Assembly (NCBI RefSeq): GCF_030684315.1
Contig: NC_081371.1
Span: 39,500,390 to 39,564,389 of the forward strand
DNA length: 64,000 nt
Direction: 5' to 3'
Source: Stegostoma tigrinum
Taxonomy: Eukaryota
Part shown: in pieces, positions 42,001-54,999 of the stretch
Layout: every line of letters starts with the position of its first letter
How positions within the stretch are numbered: position 1 is the stretch's first letter
Made by a program: the position numbers and the translations under genes
The notes under the pieces: generated by a model
The model's database searches: none
Told to the model about the DNA's origin: nothing
What the model saw: only the letters and a program-made list of their open reading frames with translations

Positions 42001-43190
42001 TGCATCCAAAAATTTGACTTGCAGGTTGATCAATCATTTTGCTCTGTACCACTTCCCTCATGCATTGGCAAACTCCTCTCTTCCTTCCTCATGGCAATAT
42101 CATCATTAGAATGTCTAGTTTATATTACTGATTATTTGCACTTTTTTAAAATGAAGCACACATTTGCAACTAGAGAAACTTTGAAAGCTGAAGGATTATA
42201 ATTTTTTTGTGACTTGAAGCTGCTCTATACTCTGTCTTCTCAACTGAAACACCATTGACTGCAGTGTTACTTACGTAAATCCAATTCTTCTCAGCCTGGG
42301 AGATGATTGTAATTTGATGTGGCAGTTGTCACATGTAAGGTTTAAAGTATGGTATGACTGATTGCTGTAGGGCGTCGCAATCATTAACACTCAACATAAA
42401 TTTTCTTTTTGTTAAAAAGAAATAGAAGAATTGTAAGGCTCTTTATGCAGCACATTTTAAAATGAAACACCGTGTACCATTTGGGGATGAATGACCTCTT
42501 AATGCTAACCTCCCCAGGAGGCAGAGGAGGATTAATTGTACGATTTAGGACAAAACACTCTGTTCCAGGACCGTGGCACTTGTACCTACAAGGAGAAAGA
42601 GTTTTAATTTTTTTTAAAACTCCTAATTGCATTGTCAAACAAAAATGATTTAAACTTTTTGAACATGTCGGCAGGCTTTGGTGACACACTTGTCCTGTGT
42701 GTGTAGACCAGTCCTATCCCTGCAATTGCAATTGATAATGTTAATTCAGTAAATGGGGGGGGGGGGGGGGGGGAAGGAAGAGCGTTTGATATTACTGATC
42801 CTGCAACACATCCTCAACGCCAAATGTGGTGTGTTGCAAACTTCAAATCATTTCACCCTGTAGAACAGGCTCAGCTTGAACTCTACAGATATAAATCCCT
42901 ACCCAACCTGCATGTCCCAATTCCAGGGATGAAACTCATCACAATGCTAAAATTATGTAACCTGAGAATCTCTTTTAACACTGTTTAAACTGGAAGATTA
43001 GATGTGCTCAAAAATGTACAAATTGATTAATTTTATATCTGTTTTGACTGGTGATGTGTGCTGTGTCTCTCAGCTGCCCTTGGGCTGAATCCTATTACAA
43101 CAAAGTTTCAAAATGAGATATCTTGTATAATATGTATAAACTTTTATAAAATTGGCAGATAGTAACTAGGTCAGGGCTCTAGCGCCTTTT

Positions 43191-43374
43191 GAGAAAGCAA
43201 GAACTGCTGATGCTGGAGTTAGAGATAAAAGTGAGGAGCTGGAGGAACACAGCAAGTCAGGCAGCATCAGAGGAGCATGAAAGTTGATGTAATGGTCCTG
43301 ACTTGAAACTCAACTTTCCTGCTCTTCTGATGCTGCCTGGCCTGCTGTGTTCCTCCAGATCCACACTGTTATCG
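43191..43374. mobile_element. Penelope-like element, family A, fold-back
   Basis: Inverted arms meeting inside the ribozyme core. Degenerate flanks ctagcgcctttt / ctagtaccttct. Confidence 0.7.
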
Positions 43375-44204
43375 CTAGTACCTTCTGTCTTGTTTGTCCT
43401 TTCCAGTCCCGTTGCAAATACTCCCTCTCCAAACTAATCACTAGAGTTTTTTTTCCTAAGAACACATTATCCCTGAAATCACCAATTTTGTTTCAATTGT
43501 GAACTTTCCTTTTCCTTCAGTGTGGAAGTGGTCCCATGAAAAGTAACAGTTATCTGACTGTGGAACCTGAGTGCTCCAGACTAAGTACAAAAGTTGCTAC
43601 CTATGGGGTCAAACTTTCCATTCTCTTATCAACCATCTTCCAGCATTCCTCTGAAAAACAATTTCAATAAAAAGTTTTTTATTTTGAATTAACATTGTAT
43701 GGCAGGCTCCTAGTAGTAAAGCTGATCTAGTTTAGTTTGCCACAACCTAATCGGGGGAAGATTCCTTAGCTTTTAAGTCCTGGTTTGGATTCGAACCTAA
43801 AGCTTTGGCTAGGAATATATAAAACTGAGAATCGTGGACAGTTGGAGTCTTTTCCTAGGGCAGAAATGTCAAATACTAGAGAGTGTAGTTTTAAGGTGAG
43901 AAGAGGAAAGTAGTTACGTGAGATATGAGGCAATTTTTTGAGTATAGTAGGTGCCTGGAAATGCACTGTCAGAAACGTTAGAGAAGCAAATACAGTAGCA
44001 GCATTGGAAGCATTTAGACAGATACAGACCATGTGCAGGCACATGGGATTAGTTTCAAATGGCATTGTGGTCAAAGGGCCTGTTCCAGTGCTGAACAGTC
44101 TGAGCTAGAACGTAAAACAGAATAATGATCTCCCAAACTAAGGCAATCACCTGTAAATGGGAAATCTCTGCTGTTGTAGAGGAACAACCTTTCTCAAATG
44201 GGGA

Positions 44205-44380
44205 AGATTCACAGGAACTATCTATGGAGAAAGTTTAATGTTTCAGATTTATTCTGATGAAGAGTCATGTGACTTGAAAAATTAACTCTACCTTCATACC
44301 ACAGATGCTGTCAGACCTGCTGAGTTTGCCAAAAATTTCTGTTTTTGTTTTTGATCTCCAGCAGCCCCAGTTCGTTATTT
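44205..44380 (+). mobile_element. Penelope-like hammerhead element, family B
   Basis: CTGATGA-A-GAGTCA-TG-TGACTT-GAAA at 44254-44279, followed by the cacagatgctg..agacctgctgag body. Confidence 0.6.
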
Positions 44381-44639
44381 GATTAGACAATTTCAAATTG
44401 TTGGTTGACTGTCAGAATGAGCAGGGTAAACATATAGGGTGAGGTGGGTGGGAGAAATAAAAAGGAAGCTGGAAGGCAGAAGAGAGGATAATGACTAGAT
44501 TAAATGACAAGGTACATCTAGGGTGGTGTAAATGGAATTGGTAGAATCATTATCAATAATTGATCTCTGAAGGAATTGGGATGGAGGTCATAAGCTGCAA
44601 ATGGCTGAAGTCAGTGTTTCCCAGTATCTTGTTCATATA

Positions 44640-44983
44640 ATCCACTCCTGGAACCCCTACAGTGTGGAAGTTGGCCATTTGACCCACTGAGTCCACGTCA
44701 ACCCTCTGATCCACCACCGATCCCTGTAACCTTGCATTTCTCATAGCCAATCTACCTAGCCTACACATCCCTGGACACAATGAGCATTTTAGCATGGCTA
44801 ATCCACCTAAACTGCACATCTTTGGACTGTTGGGGTCGGGTAGGGGAAGAAACCAGAGCACCTGGAGAAAACCCATGCAGTTCTTGGGAGAACTCAATAT
44901 AGATAGTCACTCAAGGCTAGATTTGAACCTACATCCCTGGTACTGTGAGGCAGCCATGCTAACCACTAAGCCACCATGTCACC
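44640..44983 (-). mobile_element. HE1-type V-SINE
   Basis: Minus-strand tRNA head, V-domain (ccaaagatgtgcag..taggtggatt.gccatgctaaa) and CR1-like tail. Confidence 0.75.
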
Positions 44984-45669
44984 CTTTCTTTTATAGCCTT
45001 CTGATTCTCAAATTTATATTAAGCTTTGGAACAATGTAGCATGAAGATGAAAATGCCAGCGTGATAAGTGAGGCAGATAATTAAAATGATTGAAAAATAG
45101 CCACAATCTACTTTTTTTTTAGAAGAAGTTCACTTATGGAAGATAGGTGCAGTTAGATGGGCCAACACTTATGGTCCATACCTAGTGGCCCTTGAACATG
45201 CTGGTGAGCTATCGACTTGAACAGCTGCAGAAAATTTAGTGTTGGTATACCCATAATGCCAATAGGGAAGGGGTTTGGCCTCTTCAGTGTAGAGGAGACA
45301 ATATCATGGGTAGCAATGCAGAATGTGAAATTAAAAGTACACATAAATTGCTGTTTCAACTGGTGGGAGTGTTTGGAGCTTTGGTGGAAAGCAAGGATGT
45401 AAAATGCAAGAATTACACCCTTTAGCAACTTGTGCAAGCGCAGGAGATGATGACTTGGGAGTGCACGAGAATGGCAGAGAAAAAGTCTCTTTACAATGCT
45501 CCAAGAATGATAGCAGAGTTATTTTGTGTGATCATGCTGGAAGCAGTAGAGGATGATCCATTGACTGGAAGCTGATGGTTTGCAAGCCGAGGAAAAGGGG
45601 AACTATGTTCTTTTGGCAAGGAAGTAAAAGTCAAAAAACTTAAGTATGAGAAATGGAACAGATATACGT

Positions 45670-46980
45670 ATTCACCCTATGTCTGCAGTTGCCTTGATTT
45701 ACTGTGACTCCTGAGTCCAGTTCGAGCTGGTGGCAGATACTCATGAATCTGCTGTGCACAGAAGACTGCGATGTCATCCATGTACAGGGAGGCTTTGACC
45801 TGCAGGTTTCTGCTGCTTGGAACAGTTGCCCTTCCCAGGCTTGCATCTTTCCCACTGGATTCAGCAAAAGTCTCTATGTAACACACAAACAAGGCAGGAG
45901 AAAGTAGGAGGCCCCCATATGACTTCAGATCTGATCACTAAGTTTTCTGATTCTCACCCATTAATTGAGACTGTACTGCTGATGTTGGTGTAGACCAATC
46001 AGCTCCAATAGTGGTTTCCTACCCAAAGCCTTTTTTGGCAGCACATCCCTCATGTCAGTGTACAATACCCAGCCAAAGGCCTTATGCTCGTCCAGGCTGA
46101 TAAGGCACATGTACATCCACCAACGCCACTACCTCAACCCCCCCAGTCCTGCACAAAGGCAATCATATTCACTAGGACTGTAAGGCTCTCGGAGATTTTT
46201 CTACCTGGTACAATGCAGGTTTGGTCAGGGTGAATCATCAAACGCAGAAGAGACCAGACCCTTTAGATGATGACTTTAGACAGGAATTTAAAACCTGCAT
46301 TCAATGTGAAATTGACCATTAATTTTTCATTTCTTCCCTCAGGTCCTGGCCAATCAAGTCCCAAAGTGCTGATTATAACTCATCTGGTAAGCTGTCACTT
46401 CCAGGATTTTTATTCTTTTCAAAGGATCCTAGGGCCTTGGTGGACTCATCCAGAAATATCAGCTGATCCAGCCTCTCCTGCTTGCTGTCATCTAAGACCA
46501 CTTGTGGGGAGGGATGTAATGTTTAACTTCTTAACTTGCTTTATTTTTCTGTTTTATACTGAGATTCTGTGCCTATGTATATTTGTACCTAACATGGTGC
46601 TGTAAATGGCAGCTTATAACTTTTTTCACTGTACTCGTGAGTGAGTGTGACATTAAAAGCTAATTCTAATTTTGATGGAGGACAGGAATAGCTAGGAGGC
46701 CACACTGCCTATGAGCTTCATGTCATTCGGCCTGGCATTAAAGGATTTGCTGATTCTCAGGATGTCAGAGTCAGAGCCATTTTCTTCCTTCAGGCTGCTA
46801 ATCACGGAGCTGTCCCTATGCACTTTCTGGAAGAAGAAACGCTCATTCTGCTCCATGGCAAAGACCTTGAATCGGAAGATTATCTTAGGGATCTCCAAGG
46901 CAAAGAGTGACGATGGCTGACCCTTCGCGTCCTGATCCCCCGTGACACATTATTACACACCTCTGGAGCCAGTGGGAATT
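45670..46980 (-). mobile_element. Tx1/L1-clade ORF2 RT fragments
   Basis: QVKASLYMDDIAVFC RT motif and RFFFQKVHRDSSVISSLKEE. Interrupted by another repeat at ~46265-46670. Confidence 0.7.
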
Positions 46981-47199
46981 ACTCAGTTGGAGGTGACAGT
47001 TGCGTAAATGTTTCAAAACCACCTCTATTTCAGTCTGTTACAGAATTGAAAAGTCATAATGAACAGAAGATATGACATTAGAAGTTCAATTCATTGCCTA
47101 ATAGTAAGTTAATATTATAAGTGATGTGATTCGGCCGTTTGCAGCAGTCTTCCTCCGGCTCACCGATCGCTGCCTTCAACTCCCAGAGATCACCCAAAG

Positions 47200-47312
47200 C
47201 CCGTCGCAAAACGTGTTACGTAAAGTAGATGAGCGTCGCAAAACAGCTCTTGATGTGGTGGGTCGGAAACCCCGTTCTTTCCTTTTACAGCAGCTCTACT
47301 GAGCGGAGTCTG
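47200..47312 (+). promoter_or_regulatory. RPS16: RPS16 promoter, TCT/TOP initiator and non-coding exon 1 (~47277-47312)
   Basis: CpG-rich, ETS-like cggaa, TTCTTTCCTTTT pyrimidine tract, GTAAAG donor at 47313 and AG acceptor at 47412. Confidence 0.75.
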
Positions 47313-47416
47313 GTAAAGAGCGGATAGGGGAATCGAATGATATTTACTTGGGGGGACAATGTTGCCACACTGCTAACCGGCTTGTGTGTTTGTGTCGTTT
47401 TCTTAATTCTAGGAAG

Positions 47417-47464
47417 ATGCCCGCTAAAGGTCCTTTGCAGTCGGTCCAGGTTTTTGGGCGAAAG
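47417..47464 (+). CDS. RPS16: 40S ribosomal protein S16 (uS9) coding exon 1
   Basis: MPAKGPLQSVQVFGRK; GTGAG donor. Confidence 0.97.
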
Positions 47465-47974
47465 GTGAGGCACGGAGTGCGTTGCCCGCGTGGGCTGATA
47501 GTGAGCGGCTTCTGGGCCTGGCGGTTAGAGCCGGCTCCTGGGACCCGGGAAGGGGAGGGGAGTTCGAGGACGCCACGCGGCTTCCCGAGATCCAGGGCCA
47601 GGTTCTAAATTCGAATGTCAGCCGGGATCGCCACGTTCCATCCCCCCCCCGCCCCTGTTCGTGCTGCACGCACCACTGCCCGGCCTTGGGCCTAAGATTA
47701 TTCAAGCTGTATAGGCCGACCCTAACATGAATTAATGAATGCGAGGCGAGAAGGGAGTAAACGGCTCGTCAGTCTGCTTTGGGCCTATTGGCCCGGACGA
47801 TTGGAGCAGGCTTGCAGGACGCAGTGGCTTCCCCTTCTGCTAACTTGCTCTATACCCACTATCGACTGGCGATCCGAATCTCATTTTACCGCACAACGTG
47901 TATGTTTCTAAGGAATTCTTCCCACCACTGACAGATGATTCTTATTTTAAGATGGCATGCGCTTCTATACTATA

Positions 47975-48260
47975 TGGAATAGAGGAATAGAAGAATACAG
48001 CCCGGAAACAGGTCCTTCGGTCCCACTTGTCCGTTCTGACCATGATTCTCAAACGAAACTAGTCCCATTTTTCTGAAGAAGTGTCTAGGCCCGAAACGTC
48101 ACCCTTCCTGCTCCTCTGATGCTGTTTAGCCTGCTGTTTTCGTCCAGCTCTACACCTTGTTATCTCTAGACCCATTTGCCTGCATTTGGCTTCTATCCCT
48201 CTAACCCTTTCTTATTCGTATACCTGTCCAATGTAACTGTACCCACCTCTACCACTCAGT
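47975..48260 (-). mobile_element. CR1 3' tail fragment, host of a family A insertion
   Basis: Reverse-complement CR1 3' UTR continuing on both sides of 48071-48165. Confidence 0.65.
48071..48165 (+). mobile_element. Penelope-like hammerhead element, family A, single arm
   Basis: CTGAAGA-A-GTGTC-TAG-GCCC-GAAAC-GTC. Flanks ctagtcccattt / ctagacccattt. Confidence 0.78.
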
Positions 48261-48261
48261 C

Positions 48262-48419
48262 TGGCAAGAATCACATGAAACCAGGTTATAATCCAACGGG
48301 TTTATCTGAAAACACAAGCTTTTGCAGCCTCAGTCCTCCTCCAGGTGTATTATCAGACACAGAATTTATAAGTAACAGATCAAAGGGTCACACCACTGAT
48401 GACATATAAAACAAACCTA
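48262..48419 (-). mobile_element. Penelope-like element, family C
   Basis: Shares ..gttggattataacctgg with 7076-7223. Decayed core cac-CTGGAGG...AAAAGCTT-gtg on the minus strand. Confidence 0.5.
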
Positions 48420-48429
48420 AGATGCTGTT

Positions 48430-48619
48430 CAGAGATAGTAGGAACCGCTGATGCTAGACAATCTGAGATAACAAGGTGTAGGGCTGGATGAACACAGCAG
48501 GCCAAGCAGCGTCAGAGGAGTAGGAAAGCTGACATTGTGGGTCCTGAAAGGTTAGCTTTTCTGCTCCTCTGATGCTGCTTGCCCTGCTGTGTTCATCCAG
48601 CTCTACACCTTGTTATCTC
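48430..48619. mobile_element. Penelope-like element, family A, fold-back
   Basis: Inverted arms with a perfect 10-bp TSD agatgctgtt (48420-48429 / 48620-48629). Confidence 0.82.
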
Positions 48620-49841
48620 AGATGCTGTTGAAACTAAATAGGTTGTGATTTCCTGTTTTGAGTAGAGAAGGCTGATGCGGACCTTATTGGCGTGCACACA
48701 ATTATGAGGGCCATAAATAGGGTAGATAAAAAATAAACTTTCCTCTTATTAGAGGGATCAGTTGCCAGGGGATAGATTTATGGTGAAGGACATTAGGTTT
48801 AGTGGGGATTTGGAGTATTTTAGGTAAGTATCTGGAACTCAGTGCCTGAAAGGGCAGTAGAGGCAGGAACTGTCACAACATATAAGAAATAGTTAGATGA
48901 TCACTTGAAGCACCATAGCATGCATGACTACAGGGAAAGTGTTGAGAGAATGGGACTAGAATAGACAGGTGTTTGATTACCAGCATTAATATAATAGGTT
49001 GAAGGACCTCTTAACATTAACTGTAAAACTGACTTATTTTTAACATGAGACACAGATTGCAAATGAATGGTAAAATTTGCCACCCCGTTTCTAATGTGAG
49101 TGGTTGTGTATGAAAGTGTAGTCATTATTTGCACCTATCTCTTTTCTGTGTCTGTAACTCTTAATAATACTTAGTTATACGCATGCTTCATTTGTTGCAG
49201 TTTTTATGAGGCATGTGTTCACTCACAGACTGCTATTAAAATGTTGTGGCAAAGTCATAGAAATTTCACAACCATGTAATCATTGAATTGGTGACAGTAT
49301 TGGAGTTTTATTAATTGTCTAGACTTACGCATAGAAATTATAATACAAATCCAAGCCAGTAAGTTCAAACAGTCCATGTTGGATTTTCGCTCCATTTGAA
49401 GAAATAATTCTAATCATATTTTCTTGCCCGGTGCCGATAACCTTTCAGGACCGTTTCCTTCAGTCGCCTATCCAATCTTGAACGTTCAGGTAGTTTTCCA
49501 TTCAACTGTTTAATTCTGGAAACAAATTTCACTATTTTGATGAAGTTTGGCCTCTGTGTCTTTCTGTTTCTCTGTGTACTGAAATAATTGATAGAAGGTA
49601 AACAGAAAGAGCCTCAAGTGTAAATCCTGAAGGGCACTGCTAACCATTTCCTGCCTTTGGGCAAAACTATTGTTGACTCCATTTGTCTTTACATGCTCTA
49701 ATCAGAATGTTTTATTTAGTTTGCTTTAAGCTCCCTTGAAATTCTTAAACATCTTTTTCCCTTTTGAAATCCATGCTAAAGACTTCTATTTCATCGTGAG
49801 ATGCAATAGATCACATTTTTCTCCTGGGTTACTAGAGAGAG

Positions 49842-50160
49842 AGTGGTTCACAGTGCTTCCCTGCAGTGCCTGTGACCTGGGTTCAATTCCAGCTTTGCGT
49901 AGATGTCTGTGTGATGTTAACGCATTCTCCCTACGTCTGCGTGGGTTTCTACTGGGTGCTCCAGTTTTTCTCCCATAGTCCAAAGATGTGCAGGCTAAGT
50001 GGATTGGTCGTGCTAAATTGTCCCATAGTGTCCGGGGATATGCAGGCTTGGTAGTTTTGCCATTGTTATGGGAATAGAATGAAGAGAGCGGGTCTCTGGA
50101 GGGTCGGTGCAGACTTCATGGGCTGAATGTCCTTTATCTGCATTTGTAGATATTCTATAG
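49842..50160 (+). mobile_element. HE1-type V-SINE
   Basis: gggttcaattcc B-box, V-domain and CR1-like tail. Confidence 0.8.
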
Positions 50161-50267
50161 CTTGATGTGTTTGACTTTATTTCATTTAACTGACATGGTT
50201 AAAATTTTCTGTTTCTCTGTCCTAATGCTAAATCTCACCAATATCCTGTGGAAAGGCTGGCATGTAA

Positions 50268-50435
<168 letters not shown>

Positions 50436-50618
50436 TAGGGTTTGTGTGTTACAGTTTTAGTGCATGGTTTGGAATATATTTAGATCTTTTAAAATATGTC
50501 AACAGCTTGTAGGCTTTTGTTGTTAGGTACACTGGAAGACATTTTGAGATTAATGACAAATTCATTTTGTTGACCTTGCTCATAACCCAAACAGATCAGG
50601 AAAATCCCACACTTTGTT

Positions 50619-50935
50619 GGTGGCACAGTGCACCAGTGGTTAGCACTGCTGCCTCACAGTGCCAGGAACCTGGGTTCGATTCCACCTTTGGGTGACTCTC
50701 TGTATGGAGTTTGCACGTTCTCCCTGTGCCTGTGTGTGTTTCCTCCTGATGCTTCAGGTTGCTGTCAGAGTCCAAAGATGTGCAGGTTGGATTGGCCGTG
50801 CTAAATTCCCCATAGCATCCAGGGATATGCAAAATAGATGGATTAACCACGGGAAATGCAGAATTACAGGGATTGTTCGGAATGGGATGCTCTTCTGGGG
50901 GTCGGTATGAACTTGATAGGCCAAATGGGATGCTT
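50619..50935 (+). mobile_element. HE1-type V-SINE
   Basis: A/B boxes (tggcacagtg..gtgg, gggttcgattcc) and V-domain ggagtttgcacgttctccc. Confidence 0.82.
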
Positions 50936-52535
50936 CCTTTTTTTTGGTTCTTTGATTTGTCAATTGACATGAGGATCACAATCTACAACTTGTAAGTGAA
51001 GGAAGTCCTAGCTTTTGGATTCAGAACTGCACGGTTGATCTTACTCCACCTTCTACTTTGTGCAAGAATGACAAGTATAGCTCCTTGAAATTTGCTAGTA
51101 ATTAGTGAGAAATTAATGGAGATTTGTTTCACAGTCTGTTGCCTTCCTGGTTTTGTAAATCACTCTGAAATGTATCAGCACTTGCTTGATAGGATGACAG
51201 ATATTGTTCCCAAGTGGAATCTGTTGAAAAGATGATCTTGCATCATGTCATGTGTTGTACATCTTCTGGGTGGTAGAAACTACTTTACAAATTAAGTTTG
51301 AGATGCCATCACTTATTATTTAGCTAAACAGTACAGCCAATTTGTGGATGGCAAGGTCCCCAAAACAACTGTTTTAGGGATATATGCCGTCAAACGCTGA
51401 GGGGACTGTTTCTTCAAAACGACCATTTCACATGCATCGGAGAAGCAGATGAGGTTTCAGTCCAATTTCTCACCTATAAATACACATCTCAAGCAATATA
51501 ATACATCCACATTTTAAATTATACAGTCAAACCCTGTCAAGGAACCTCATGTTACAAACTACTTTAGAGGTGGTGGCATGTTCCGTTTATCTTTGTGAAA
51601 TATTCTACTTCCTTTGAACTGTTAGTGAATTCTACATTTTTGTCCCAATTATTTGTGTACTGAAAGCCAGTGACCTTTTTTGGCCAAAATCTGATACTTA
51701 TCTTGGAATCACTCTACTAGGAGCAACGTCAAAAAAAGCTCCTAGTTTTGTCAAATATAATTTCCCCTAAATATATCCATATTGACTGCCCATCACACTT
51801 ACTTTCTGAGTATCAAATAACTATATGTGTTATAATAGATTCTAGTATTTTTTTTCTTTTACTGATACTAGGCCAACAGGTGTATAGTTTCCTGTTTTAT
51901 CTCTCCCTTCGTTCTTAAACAGTGGGGTTATGTGTGTTACCTCATAATCCACAACCTTTGGACGAGCATTAATGCATAATCACCAATGGGTCCGCTATCT
52001 CTGTAGCTATTTCTTTCGACATTCTAGGGTAAAGCTCATCAGATTGGGGATATGTCAACTTACAATTACAAACTTTTCTACACTGGTATTAATTTCTATC
52101 AGTTTTCCATTCTCACTGGACCTTTGGTTTTTAACTACTTAAAGGAGACTTCTTGTGACTACCTCTGAAGGCAGGCACAAAGTACTTCTCTGCCATTTCT
52201 TTGTTTACTATTAGAAATTTTATGGTTACTGTCTGTAATGCACTGAAATTTGTCTTTGCTGTTCTTTCCTGCATACCTTTTTGTTAGTGTTTGCAATTAG
52301 AAACATAAAAACTATTTACCAAGTTTTAGTTCTCCTTTGCTGAATTATAAAATTTTCCCAGTTCTCAGGATTACAACATTTTGCGATGTTTATTAGCCTC
52401 CTCCTTTGATATAATGCAATTTTTAACTTCCCTTGTTAGCCATGGTTCTCTTGCTTTTCCCGTATTTTTAACGTAAAGAAATGTCTGCTCTTGGAATGAT
52501 TTACAGTGCATTTGGCACTGAAAAGTTGATTTTGA

Positions 52536-52664
<129 letters not shown>

Positions 52665-52769
52665 TGACATGGTCTTGTGTATGCCAGCATAATGAGATTC
52701 TTTTCTGGCTATTTCCTACTTTCAAGTCAAATTGCCTGGAAACAAATGATCAAAACAACATAAAAACGT

Positions 52770-53250
52770 AGAAGAAAGGAACAAGAATAGGCCAAACAAC
52801 CCCTCAAGCCCGCTCCACCGTTCAGTCAGGCTCAATACCCTAATCCCATTCTCTCCTCAAATCCCGTGATCCCTTTAGACACGAGCTACGACAACCTCCA
52901 TCTCAAAAACACAATGTTTTGGGTTTGTCCAGTTTTTGTGGTCGTGAATTCCACAGGCACACTTCTCTTTCTGGGTGAAGAAATTCTAAATCCTAAATTT
53001 TATAGATATCTATGAAATACCCTTCATTTTTGTAAACTCCTGTTAATTCAATCTAAACTATATCAATCTCTCCTTGTATGGCAGTCTCAAGAATCAATTT
53101 GGTAAACTTTTCTGCACTCCCCCTTCAGCAAGAACGTTCTTTCTCAAACAAGGAGACCAAAAATGCACACAATATTCCAGTTGTGTTTTCACCAGCACCC
53201 TGTTTAATTGCAGAAAGACATCCTTGTTCCTGTACATGAATCCTTAACAA
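52770..53250 (-). mobile_element. CR1 3' fragment
   Basis: Reverse-complement CR1 tail and RT C-terminus, degenerate. Confidence 0.6.
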
Positions 53251-53971
53251 AACTTTTCCTACTCCCTCCTGTCAATTGCTGTCTGTCAAAGAAGGACTAT
53301 TTAAACATCAATGTTTATTGACTGATCATATCCGACATGAGCATTCAGGAATATTTGGTCATGTCGTTGGTGGTGAGAGGGAACTCTGTAGACTGCAGGA
53401 AGATATTAATAAGCTGATCAGGTGGTTAGAAAGGCAGTAGGATGGATTCAGTTTAGAGGGTGTGAGGCAATCCATTTGAAAATGGCAGACAAGACGAATA
53501 CATAATAAATGGGATAATGATAAAGTGCAGTGGAATAAAGGACCTTAATGTACAAGTCCACAGCTGGTGTGGAAATTAAATGTATGCTGTTGGTGTTTCT
53601 GCATTGCAACCTAATTGATCAGTCAACTGGGCTAAACTGACCATGCACTTTTAAAATGTATTTAGAAATGTGGTGAATGTATCATAAATTGCAAGGCTAC
53701 AGACCAAGAGCTGAAATGTGGAATTGTGTTGTACAGCTGTTTCCTCAGCCAGAATGGGCATGATGTGCTGTATTTTTTTCTGCTTTTCTATGACCCCATC
53801 CTGGGTTAAAGGCATTTTAGTATGTTAGCTAAACACGTTGAGGTTCCCCCCCTTCCCATTAATCTAAAATATCAGCACCCAAACCAAGATGTACATTGAA
53901 CACAACATAAGAGTAAGTGATTCTATATCCTGGTATGACTTTTTGATGATGCATAATGTTTCTTTTTGCAG

Positions 53972-54019
53972 CTATCCGTCAATCTATTTCCAAAGCATTG
54001 GTGGCATATTACCAGAAAT
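53972..54019 (+). CDS. RPS16: RPS16 coding exon 4
   Basis: (A)IRQSISKALVAYYQK(Y). Confidence 0.97.
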
Positions 54020-54090
54020 GTAAGTTCTTGTCAGATTTTTACTCTAATATGTTTTCAGTTATTCTCTTCATAATTTTCAATAAAATTTAA

Positions 54091-54255
<165 letters not shown>

Positions 54256-54276
54256 ATCTTTCATTTGATTGTGGCA

Positions 54277-54282
54277 AATAAA
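54277..54282 (+). terminator. RPS16 polyadenylation signal
   Basis: AATAAA about 20 nt after the stop, typical of short ribosomal-protein 3' UTRs. Confidence 0.8.
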
Positions 54283-54999
54283 TATATAGCTGTCATTTAC
54301 CTGTTTGCTTGGTCTTTTTAAATTGTCACTTACTGTGTGGATTAATCGTTGCTGCATCTCAGTATATTGTTGTAATATACCATGATTATAGAATTTTACT
54401 TCAGAAGAAAGCTGTCTCACTACTGGTCTCTGGACTAGCTCTCCAATTAAAAGTTTTGCATACATTCGTGAAAGTCACAACTTTAAGTGATTCTTAGATT
54501 TTCCAACAGGAATCAGAGCAATGTTCTTTAAGACATTTCTCACCTCAAAGTCAATATACAGGATAAAACATTGTCCCATAATTTTACAGTACTATGCATT
54601 TATAGCTGAAGTAACTTGTAAACTGAAACAAGACACTAGCTGTTAAAGATGTATAAGCTGAGGGGAAAACATTTCAGGGCTTTGGAGAAGGAGCAGGGTG
54701 TGGGATTAAATTTAGTTCGATAGCTATTTCAAAGAGCTGGCACCATTGCTTGACTAATTAAGAATTGCAGTATTGTATTTATTTGCATTCATTGATGAGA
54801 CCCCCTTGCCCTTTTGGTAAAATCTAACTATATATATTTACAACACAAGTACTGTAATCTGTTTCATGCTTAAAGTTATCACTACTATTAGAAGAATTAC
54901 AACCTTTTGATTATCATGTTAAAGTACATACAGTTGCTGTCCATTTTATGTTGCATAACCATGAGAAATTGTATTCTTTCTGTTGTTCCTTTTAGCCAC

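Noticed and set aside
42755-42773. Poly-G run (also the C-rich run at ~40606-40626)
   Set aside because: Simple homopolymers with no supporting context.
22668-48100. Selection against active ribozymes in sense introns
   Set aside because: Most core changes are CpG transitions also seen in intergenic copies, and the sample is too small.
49559-49685. 11-bp stem (49559-49569/49600-49610) plus a downstream ACA as an H/ACA snoRNA in RPS16
   Set aside because: No properly placed ANANNA H box, and the stem is CT/GA low complexity. Needs snoGPS/Infernal.
50498-50574. Intronic hairpin as a snoRNA or miRNA
   Set aside because: Relies on G-U pairs and bulges, with no correctly spaced boxes.
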